Positions 9,534 through 17,245 of a stretch of 64,000 bases of DNA are shown here, in pieces. The translations under genes were made by a program, and so were the position numbers. Position 1 is the first letter of the stretch; every line of letters starts with the position of its first letter. The notes beneath the pieces are model-generated. The model saw only the letters and a list, made by a program, of their open reading frames with translations, did not search any database and had not been told where the DNA came from. This DNA comes from an uncultured archaeon (GTDB lineage Archaea; Thermoproteota; Nitrososphaeria; Nitrososphaerales; Gagatemarchaeaceae): the NCBI GenBank assembly GCA_963799775.1, contig CAWCYD010000003.1:480001-544000 (forward strand), read 5' to 3'.

Positions 9534-10281
9534 TTCAGGAGATCTCTCTCGCTGATAGACCCGAACCCGTTTCAGTCGCGGGAGCCAGACGAGGGAGACG
9601 AGCTCCGTTCTGTGAAGGAGCTAGGCATGCTCAGAGTCGCCCTGATTGTCAGGCCGAGCTCCGTTGCTCAAGGACGTTTCCAACTGGCATTCGGACACAG
9701 GACCATCCAGACCCTCAGGAAACTAGGTCGAATCTACGTCCCCTGTGAAGTCCGATCCTTGAGCGACCGTGAGATGGCCAAGATGCTCCACGTCGAAAAC
9801 GAAGACAGGAGGGGACTCAGCGACGCAGAGCGAGGCCGATTCTATCAGCACTACATGAAGGACTTTGGCCTGTCAACCAGGGAGCTCGAGCGAGAGCTCG
9901 GCGTCGACCAAGGCAGCATCGTCAGGTGCGTCGGGATTGCCGACACCGCAAAGGCGATGGAAGGCTCCATCAGCGAGCCTCTTTCACGAGCGTTCGAGTA
10001 CGCCGTCACGGAGATCAAGTACAAGGAAGCCTCGAAGCTGAAGGACGAGGCGAAGAAGGTTCAGGTCCCTCGCCCAAGTTGCGGAGCATGACCTGAGTAG
10101 CGATCTGACGAAACTGCTGGTCGCAAAGGCCCAAGCAGGGATGACCGTGGCCGAGGCGGCGGCTGAGGTGGTAAACCTCAGGGAGGCCCGGAAATCCGAA
10201 TCGTACGCAGAGAGGAGAAGGCGGGTCGAGTGTCCCACGTGCAAGGGAGCCGGATTCATTTTGAGGGATGAGAAGGCTTGA
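9530..10281 (+). CDS. ParB/Spo0J-domain protein (frameshifted)
   Basis: SVKELGML..LIVRP..FQLAFGHR..ENEDRRGLS..HTH; C-terminal CPTCKG. Confidence 0.8.
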
Positions 10282-10323
10282 GCGAGCAGGACTACGTCAG
10301 GGTGCCGAGGTCCGAGCTCGCCG

Positions 10324-11565
10324 CTATTCTTTCTGACCTCGAGCGCCTGAGGAAGCTGGTTGAGAAGACTCAAGAGAAGCAATCCTCTTCTGAAGGCTCA
10401 CGATGAGCTCCATCATGGGCTTCAGCTCCTTGTCCTTCTCGTCCCTAGCTATCGCCTCGTTGAAATCAAGTGAGACGTGCGGCTCGATCCTGAGATAGGC
10501 CTGTCTCAGGTCTTCGGGATGGACCTGGTCTCTGTCGTCGTAGACGGCCGCGATCCCTCCTTCGTGCCCCATCATCTCCTCGACGAAAGCGGACTTCACC
10601 CCGCAGTGCTCGGCTTCGGTCTTGAAGCTGTGTCGCAGCATGTGGCTCCTCCAGCTCGAGGGTTCTCCGTTCTCGACCATCCCCTGGGCGTGCATCCTCA
10701 AGGCGATCTTCCTCATTTGCTGATTGAGCCACTTTGGGTCGACTCCGGAGCCCTGTAGCTTGCCGGCAAATACCAGGTCAGAGGGCAGGGGTTCTCGCGC
10801 CATTTCCTCCGCCCATCGCTGCCGGAGGAGCCTCAAGTGCTCGATAGAGTCGCGCCCGAGGAACGTGTACCATGGTTTCTTGTGATTCTTCCTTCCCAAG
10901 AACGAGAGCTTCAGTGGATGATCCGCCCTGCGAAGGCCCTCGTCGATGTCCTTCCAACGCAACCCGAGGATCCTGTTGACCTCGCAGCTCGACTGCCAAA
11001 CTAGAAGCAGCGGCGTCCGTATCTGCAGGGGGAGGGCCTTCAGCACCTTGCGGATGTCCTCCGAGCTCAGGGGCTTGTCTCGCGGCTCCCCGTCCGACTC
11101 CGCTATCCTCACCTCCCCGAACAAAGGGCTGTCGTTCCGCTCGTACCACTTCTTGACCGTCGACGCCGCCCCCGCCCTGTAGCTCATCGCGTACCCCTCG
11201 AGCTCCTTGTTGACGAAGGTCTCGAGCCATTCCCGGTGCTTCCTCTTCTGCGCGACGTCCTCCGCCTCCGACCGGTAGATGCACCTCAGATTGTCCGTGA
11301 TGAGCTCGTCGGGCGCCAGGTTCGTCGTCCCCGACCCCTTGAGCCACCTGAAGTACAGCAGGAGGTGGAGCGAATACACGGATTGCACCCTCACCTTCCC
11401 GTAGGAGCTGAGGAATCGCTTCACCGCCTCGCTTGGCCCTATCTTCCTTAGGTTGTTCTCGAGAGCTTTCTGGGCTCTCCGGATGACGGTCGGAGTGCTC
11501 CGACCCGCCTCGATTGCCGTTGCTTGCATGTTCCTATCAGTAAAAGCCTTCTTGGTTGTGGACAT
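10324..11565 (-). CDS. Tyrosine recombinase/integrase
   Basis: HMLRHSFKT, MMGH...Y, GLRWKDI. Confidence 0.9.
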   Translation of the reverse strand: MSTTKKAFTDRNMQATAIEAGRSTPTVIRRAQKALENNLRKIGPSEAVKRFLSSYGKVRVQSVYSLHLLLYFRWLKGSGTTNLAPDELITDNLRCIYRSEAEDVAQKRKHREWLETFVNKELEGYAMSYRAGAASTVKKWYERNDSPLFGEVRIAESDGEPRDKPLSSEDIRKVLKALPLQIRTPLLLVWQSSCEVNRILGLRWKDIDEGLRRADHPLKLSFLGRKNHKKPWYTFLGRDSIEHLRLLRQRWAEEMAREPLPSDLVFAGKLQGSGVDPKWLNQQMRKIALRMHAQGMVENGEPSSWRSHMLRHSFKTEAEHCGVKSAFVEEMMGHEGGIAAVYDDRDQVHPEDLRQAYLRIEPHVSLDFNEAIARDEKDKELKPMMELIVSLQKRIASLESSQPASSGARGQKE

Positions 11566-11616
11566 TTGCCCCCGCCACGTTTATATTGGTTCTTGCGCCA
11601 ATTGGCACTCACGGGC

Positions 11617-11907
11617 ATGAGCAGCGGCGCAGACGAAGGGGGACAAGGTTCCGGGATGGGAGAAGGCTCTCAGCCACGCCAAAAGTTCCCCGGTCAGGCC
11701 TCGAAGGAGAAGCCCGTCAAGGTTGGAGAGGAGATAGAGGTCACAGTTTCCGAAGTCAGCAGAAGGGGCGAGGGCGTCGCCCGAATCCAGGGATTCGTCA
11801 TCTTCATCCCCAACACCAAGCAGGGCACACACGCAAAGATCCGAATCAAGGAGATCCGGCCGAACTTCGCCACGGCGGAGCTGATCGAAGGCGGCACTTC
11901 TAGCTAG
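11617..11907 (+). CDS. TRAM-domain RNA-binding protein
   Basis: PVKVGEEIEV...GEGVARIQGFVIFIP...FATAE. Confidence 0.9.
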   Translation: MSSGADEGGQGSGMGEGSQPRQKFPGQASKEKPVKVGEEIEVTVSEVSRRGEGVARIQGFVIFIPNTKQGTHAKIRIKEIRPNFATAELIEGGTSS

Positions 11908-11921
11908 GATATCGTTTCCTT

Positions 11922-12485
11922 CTACGCGCGCCACCAGTCAAAGCCGAGGAAGTCCACCCTTCGGTCCTCCACGTTCACTATCGCGACTATGAACTGCTTC
12001 CTGACCGTAGTGGCCAACCTCCCGGACCTGACCATCCCAGTAGCCGTCACCTGAGCGGTGTCGTTCTCGACCTGGACGAGGTACGGGGCATGGTCGATCC
12101 CAGGCCCATGCTCATAGACCGCGAAGTCAGACCCGAACTTTATCCCAGGGCCGACGACGAAGCCAGATTCTCGCAACAGGCTGTAGACCAGATACTGCTC
12201 CCTGAAGTTAGGGTAGCCCGAGGCGCACAGGGCCTCCACCTGCTTCGCGGATAGCATCTCGCCCTGCTCGCTCTCCACCCGAAGCTTCCTCTTCTTCACG
12301 AGGTAGTAGCTCTCCATCAAGTCGAGGATGAGGGGGGCATCGAACTCGAAGTCCTTGGGCTTTGGGATTCCTAGGGGCTTCCCGTAGTAGGAGTCCTTGA
12401 AGAGCCTCCTCGAGGCCTCCACATCCCAGACCACTATCCTGTTCTCGAACAGCCTGCCGGTCGCGGTCTTTTGGGTATGGGGCAT
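11922..12485 (-). CDS. endA: tRNA-intron endonuclease
   Basis: GIKFGSDFAVYEHGPGIDHAP, GRLATTVRK. Confidence 0.95.
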   Translation of the reverse strand: MPHTQKTATGRLFENRIVVWDVEASRRLFKDSYYGKPLGIPKPKDFEFDAPLILDLMESYYLVKKRKLRVESEQGEMLSAKQVEALCASGYPNFREQYLVYSLLRESGFVVGPGIKFGSDFAVYEHGPGIDHAPYLVQVENDTAQVTATGMVRSGRLATTVRKQFIVAIVNVEDRRVDFLGFDWWRA

Positions 12486-12533
12486 GGCGCGGGCAGTCGG
12501 CCCGAACCTGGCCGCTATATCTGCGTGTCCTAG

Positions 12534-13188
12534 CTAGACACCTAGCGCGACGATTGTCGTCGCGTCAGCCGCTGTCAAGGCGGCGTCGGCAGTGTCCTCG
12601 ATCGCCTGTGCCAGGCCCCTCATCGTGATGAGGTGCCCTGTAACCCTTCACCGACTTGATCAGCTCAGTGATCAGCTCCCTGTGCTTCGCGTCGATCTCG
12701 CTCTCCAGCTTCTGGACCTGGGCCGCCATCTCTATGGACTGGTCTGGGTTGATCGAGAGCGCTCTCACGCAGTCGTTCTGCTTCGAGATGGCCTCGATCA
12801 GCGTGTTCAGGAGCTCACTATAGGCGTCCTTGTACTTCTTGAGTTTGATTACGCTCCTTCTGACCTGGGATAGCTTGAAGGCAGACCCGTTGACGTGTCC
12901 GACGACGCTCTCGATAGCGAAAGCGACTCTCAGCAGGCCCTCCTTGTTCATGAGCAGAGTCCCCACTTGGGCGAGCTCCCTGATCAAGGAGCGCCGGAGG
13001 GTGACGACGTCTTCCTCGGCCTTCTTCACGCGTTCGAGGCATGATTTCAGCGACGCCTTGTCGTTCGAGAGCACCGCCTGAAACTCTTCTCGGAGGACGC
13101 GAGCGGCGTCTGTTACCCGCCGAACTTCGTCTTCTAGGACCAGAAGCGTTCTTCTTCGGGCCTGAAGGTCAGCCTCTGAACCTGACAG
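12534..13188 (-). CDS. DUF47/PhoU-like phosphate transport regulator (frameshift near 3' end; start uncertain)
   Basis: Helical repeat with E..AD/ID motifs; alternative frame ends ...ADATTIVALGV*. Confidence 0.7.
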
Positions 13189-13311
13189 TATTTTTTCCCC
13201 GCTCAGGCTATGAATGTTGAGAATATAAAAGGGGCGGAAGGCGTCGGGCCTCCACAGCCCGAAAAGCAAGCGGCACCTAGGCTTTTATCGAAGCCACGCT
13301 AAAATCACTCC

Positions 13312-14616
13312 ATGTTGGGGGCTGGGAGACGTTCGCTTCTTGGGAGATCCCCTGCGGCGACGCTCGCGTTCTTGGTCGTCCTGATGGTCCTCGCAGTCTT
13401 CGCCCCAAGGGTCCATGCGGCAAGCGAGAACTCGAGCGTCCTCGTCGTCAACTTCGACGTCCCCGTCGACCCTGGTTCCTCCACCATGATGGCAGCGGCG
13501 GTCGCCACGGCCAAGTCCACAAACGCCTCGGCCATCGTCATCGAGATGAACACGCCCGGCGGCTACCTCAGCGACATGCTCGGCATCGTGTCGAGCATCC
13601 AGCAGGCGAACCAGTCCGGCATCCCCACCTACACCTACGTCCCTCCCGACGCCCTCGCCGCGTCGGCGGGCAGCTACATCGCCATGGCGAGCAACGGGAT
13701 CTTGATGGGTCCGGGCTCGGAGATCGGGCCGTCCACCCCGATAGTCGAGGGGGGCACCGCGCTGGAGCAGAACCACACGGAGGACGCGATGATCTCGCTG
13801 ATGGTCAGCCTCGCCGACATGTGGGGGCGGAACTCGACAGCCGCCCAGGCCATGGTGGTCTCGGACATCGCGTACTCTGCCGCACAGGCGTATCAATACC
13901 ACCTGACCGAGGGGAACGCCACCACCCTCCAGGGCGCGCTCTCGCAGTTCGGGCTCGGCCCCAGCTACACCGTCGTCCAAGAGGGCGTCTACGACCAGTT
14001 CCTCAGCGCGCTCAGCGACCCCAACCTCTACGGCATCCTGATACTCCTCGGGGCCTTCGCCATCGTCCTCGACCTCTGGCACCCGACGTTCGTCCTCTCG
14101 ATCGCGGGCGCCATCGCCCTGGTCGCGGGCCTGGTCGGAGCCGAGGTCGTTGGCTCCTCGTTGCTGGGCCTGGTCGTCATCTTCACGGGCGTTGGGCTCA
14201 TGTTCCTGGAGCTCAGGCTCGGGCACGGGTTCGCCATGATGGGCGGCGCCGTCGTCGGGGCTGTGGGCGTCTACCTCCTCTTCCAGGGGGTCCAGTACTC
14301 CTCCTCAACTATCATCGACTATACCCAGGTGGAGGCGGTCGTCTTGGGAGCCGTCGGAGTTTTAGGGGGGCTCTACATCAGGTGGGTAGTGGGGCCGTTG
14401 AGACACAGGCGGAACTTGACCGGTTCGGAGTCGCTGGTAGGGAAGCGCGGCGTCGCAATCTCGCCCACTGAGGTCAGGGTCGACGGCGTAATCTGGCGCG
14501 CGCGGATCGACTCGGGCGAGCTCAAGAAGGGGACCCAGGTGGAGGTGAAGGCGGTCGAAGCCCTGGTCCTCCGCGTGGTTCCGGTCGAAGAGAACCGCGC
14601 GCTCGATGCGCTCTAG
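13312..14616 (+). CDS. nfeD: NfeD membrane serine protease
   Basis: NTPGG, AASAGSYI, IGPSTPI, TM region, C-terminal OB (VDGVIWRA). Confidence 0.9.
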   Translation: MLGAGRRSLLGRSPAATLAFLVVLMVLAVFAPRVHAASENSSVLVVNFDVPVDPGSSTMMAAAVATAKSTNASAIVIEMNTPGGYLSDMLGIVSSIQQANQSGIPTYTYVPPDALAASAGSYIAMASNGILMGPGSEIGPSTPIVEGGTALEQNHTEDAMISLMVSLADMWGRNSTAAQAMVVSDIAYSAAQAYQYHLTEGNATTLQGALSQFGLGPSYTVVQEGVYDQFLSALSDPNLYGILILLGAFAIVLDLWHPTFVLSIAGAIALVAGLVGAEVVGSSLLGLVVIFTGVGLMFLELRLGHGFAMMGGAVVGAVGVYLLFQGVQYSSSTIIDYTQVEAVVLGAVGVLGGLYIRWVVGPLRHRRNLTGSESLVGKRGVAISPTEVRVDGVIWRARIDSGELKKGTQVEVKAVEALVLRVVPVEENRALDAL

Positions 14617-14695
14617 CTCCCTCGATTCTGGCGACCAGTAGACCGACAGAACGCCTATATGGGGCGTCGGCCTTCTGGGGTCTTGATGAATTGAT

Positions 14696-15541
14696 TTGGT
14701 GGATGTAGCTTCGCTCGCCGTAGAGGTTCTCGCTGTCCTCATCGTCTTGGGGATCCTCCTGAGCGGGGTTCGCGTGCTCCGCGAGTGGGAGAGGGCGCCG
14801 ATCCTGAGCCTCGGCAGGTACAAGGGCCTCAGGGGTCCTGGCATCATCTACGTCGTGCCGTTCATCAACAGGGTTCCTTTCGTCATATCGACCCGTCTCC
14901 AGACGGTTTCCTTCAAGACGGAGCAGACCTTCACGAAGGACAACGTCCCCGTCGTGGTCGACTCCGTGATGTACTTCCAGCCCGCTGACCTGCAAAAGGT
15001 GGTCCTTGGAGCTGAGAACTATATGGTCGCGACCCAGCTCGCGGCCCAGACCACCCTCAGAGAGGTGATAGGTCAGGTGAGCTTCGACGACCTCCTCACC
15101 GAGCGCGAGAAGATTGGGGCCAAGGCGCGAGAGGTGATAGACAGCAAGACGGAGGTGTGGGGCGTGAAGGTCACGGCCGTAGAGATAAGGGACGTCGGGA
15201 TTCCTTCCGCGCTGCAGGACGCGATGTCTAGGAACGCCCAGGCGGAGAGGGAGAGGAGGGCGAGGGTGACTCTCGCGCTCGCCGAGTTCGAGGCAGCTCA
15301 GAAGATGGTGGACGCCGCGAACCTCTACGCGAACAACGACAGGGCCTTCCAACTGAGGTGGATGAACATCATCTACGAGCTGGGACTGCAGGGAAAGAAC
15401 ACGATCCTTCTCATCCCGTCAAACATCCCCATTGCAGGGACGGTTGCAGGGACGACCGGTGGGTCGACTATCGCGCCCGTGGGCGTGCTGGGCATCCAAG
15501 AGCTGGCGAAGAAGGCACAGGCCGCTTCGGACGATAAGTAG
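14696..15541 (+). CDS. Slipin/stomatin (SPFH, band 7)
   Basis: TKDNVPVVVD, AQTTLR, QAERERRA; paired with nfeD. Confidence 0.95.
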   Translation: MVDVASLAVEVLAVLIVLGILLSGVRVLREWERAPILSLGRYKGLRGPGIIYVVPFINRVPFVISTRLQTVSFKTEQTFTKDNVPVVVDSVMYFQPADLQKVVLGAENYMVATQLAAQTTLREVIGQVSFDDLLTEREKIGAKAREVIDSKTEVWGVKVTAVEIRDVGIPSALQDAMSRNAQAERERRARVTLALAEFEAAQKMVDAANLYANNDRAFQLRWMNIIYELGLQGKNTILLIPSNIPIAGTVAGTTGGSTIAPVGVLGIQELAKKAQAASDDK

Positions 15542-15570
15542 CCTCCCAAAGGCTGTAAGCCAGCGGCTTC

Positions 15571-15612
15571 TCACGCCTTCGACTGGACGCGCTTCTGCAC
15601 CGAGTACATCTC
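15571..15612 (-). repeat. Displaced copy A of ligase 3' end (EMYSVQKRVQSKA*), probable original end
   Basis: GAG ATG TAC TCG GTG CAG AAG CGC GTC CAG TCG AAG GCG TGA; host-like GC-ending codons; about 30 bp from the convergent slipin stop. Confidence 0.9.
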
Positions 15613-15715
15613 TAGTATTGCAGAGAAGGCCGAGAGCAATCATGGCCGAGGCGGTTTCAGTAGCACCGTTACGGCGGTTTTCTCTATCAAGCTCTAAGCT
15701 TTAGGAGCATACTTG

Positions 15716-16288
15716 CTAGCTCGACAGAGTGAGAATCGTCTGAGAAGAGTATCCGCCGATGTATAGATCAAGAGTGTACTCGCCCGCCGTGATGAGAACG
15801 CCGTTTGATGTGGTAACAGCGTCCCAAGAGGTGTTCCATGAATACGACTCCCCTCGGCCTAGCGAAACCTGCGAAAGTGGGGAAATCTGCTGGTGGAAGA
15901 CAACGCTCCCTTGCTCGTTCGTGATTGTCATGTTAGAGAAGGATACCTGTGCGCGAGAAGTTGAATTGTCGTTCACGAGAATCCCCTCGAAACTCACAAC
16001 GCTGCCCACCTTCGCCACCTCTGAAAAGCACGTGATTAGAGTCAGACCTGCGGCAAAAGTGCTGGACTCGTTTTGCCCCGACGGACACGTCGGCAACCCC
16101 GTCGCCGAACCCACAGTCGCTGAAACTGTAATCGCACTGCTCGTTGCTCTAGCAGCCGAGGCACCCGTTGAGGTAGAAGCTAATGGCGTCGTTGTAAGGG
16201 ACCCTGTCGTTGTCACATCACTACCACCGCTGCCCGAAAGATTGGATAGGACGAGCACGCCAGTAGTCACAATCAGGGCAACCACCAC
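15716..16288 (-). CDS. Membrane-anchored Ser/Thr-rich protein with BsuPI/Ig-like C-terminal domain (start uncertain)
   Basis: N-terminal TM, S/T linker, LGRGESYSWNTSWD...AGEYTL. Confidence 0.6.
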   Translation of the reverse strand: MVVALIVTTGVLVLSNLSGSGGSDVTTTGSLTTTPLASTSTGASAARATSSAITVSATVGSATGLPTCPSGQNESSTFAAGLTLITCFSEVAKVGSVVSFEGILVNDNSTSRAQVSFSNMTITNEQGSVVFHQQISPLSQVSLGRGESYSWNTSWDAVTTSNGVLITAGEYTLDLYIGGYSSQTILTLSS

Positions 16289-16391
16289 AACAATGACAAT
16301 CTTGTTCAGGGTTAATCACACGCGCACCATTCTTGCGGTAGAGCCTGTGGTTGAATTGGGGAATCCTTCGGGATAAAGTCTTCGGACTTTC

Positions 16392-16436
16392 CTACTGTTG
16401 TTTGGATTGGACTCGTTTTTGTAGACCGTACATCTC
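16392..16436 (-). repeat. Ligase 3' end copy B (EMYGLQKRVQSKQQ*)
   Basis: GAG ATG TAC GGT CTA CAA AAA CGA GTC CAA TCC AAA CAA CAG TAG. Confidence 0.9.
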
Positions 16437-16464
16437 TAGCAATGCGTTCGACTGGCGGTTGATT

Positions 16465-16677
16465 CTACTTTTCCATCTTGTCTTTTGCCAAAAAGCTCCA
16501 AGACAGCAAGATTAATCCGAAAACAAGAAAAATCAAACCGGAATAAAGATAACCGTAATCATGAATGGGACCAGTGCAACGCCCCTGACAGAAAATCTCG
16601 TAGGGGTAGCCCACAATCATAATGTAAATTCCAAATAATGAAAGCAGAAGGCCGATGACTAACAATGATATTCTCAA
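16465..16677 (-). CDS. Small two-TM protein with Cys-pair loop (cargo)
   Basis: Two hydrophobic helices around CQGRC. Confidence 0.7.
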   Translation of the reverse strand: MRISLLVIGLLLSLFGIYIMIVGYPYEIFCQGRCTGPIHDYGYLYSGLIFLVFGLILLSWSFLAKDKMEK

Positions 16678-16699
16678 GATTGGCTACCTCTCGACTGTT

Positions 16700-16786
16700 C
16701 TACTCTTTGCTAGCGTTCTGAATAAGTGCTATCCACCTGTTCAAGGATTCCGGGCAGGCTATCTTCGGTCCTCAGGGCACGCTCAT
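16700..16786 (-). pseudogene. Internally deleted DDE transposase remnant
   Basis: In-frame MSVP*GPKIACPESL-NRWIALIQNASKE*; WxxLIQNA resembles the C-terminus of archaeal IS6-like DDE transposases. Confidence 0.55.
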
Positions 16787-16827
16787 TGTTGTTTTGATTG
16801 GACGCGTTTCTGTAAACAATACATCTC
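16783..16827 (-). repeat. Ligase 3' end copy C (EMYCLQKRVQSKQQ*)
   Basis: GAG ATG TAT TGT TTA CAG AAA CGC GTC CAA TCA AAA CAA CAA TGA. Confidence 0.9.
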
Positions 16828-16865
16828 TCCCTGATTCTTATGGCTGTAACATATCGGCGGAAGTC

Positions 16866-17102
16866 TCAGGGTTTTCGCCCTAACTGGACATTCTCGTCTA
16901 TAGTGAGTTCGTGTTCGTAGTCGGCATCTTCGTATCTTATCATTTGGCCTCCAACGGCAAGAATTGCACCCTGTTTGAACTGCATTCTCCTCCTGATGAC
17001 TTGTGGCTCAAGCACTTCGATCTCTGCCGGATGCTCTGCTAGGAACAGTGTCCATCCCTCGCCGAGATACTGGCCGACTTTGTGCAATGTGAGATACGTC
17101 AT
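16866..17102 (-). CDS. Hypothetical protein or gene fragment (cargo)
   Basis: 78-aa ORF; frame stays open upstream past one TGA, so it may be a remnant. Confidence 0.45.
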   Translation of the reverse strand: MTYLTLHKVGQYLGEGWTLFLAEHPAEIEVLEPQVIRRRMQFKQGAILAVGGQMIRYEDADYEHELTIDENVQLGRKP

Positions 17103-17245
17103 TCATTGCGACCGAGGATACTCAATCCAATTTGGGTCAAGCACGAGTTCCGTGAAGCTGATGAAAGTAGTCGCGCGACCCTGCATGAAGTTAAGCAATT
17201 GCGGATTGATTTAGCCTTGGTGGCCGGCTTAATCATGCGCCGGAT

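Larger units (their letters stand above)
1..11565. mobile_element. Integrated element (provirus/integrative plasmid), left end outside window
   Basis: Tyrosine integrase at the right edge, helicase-like Rep, two ParB-domain genes, small Zn-finger ORFs and TA/cyclase cargo. Housekeeping genes resume at 11617. Confidence 0.85.
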
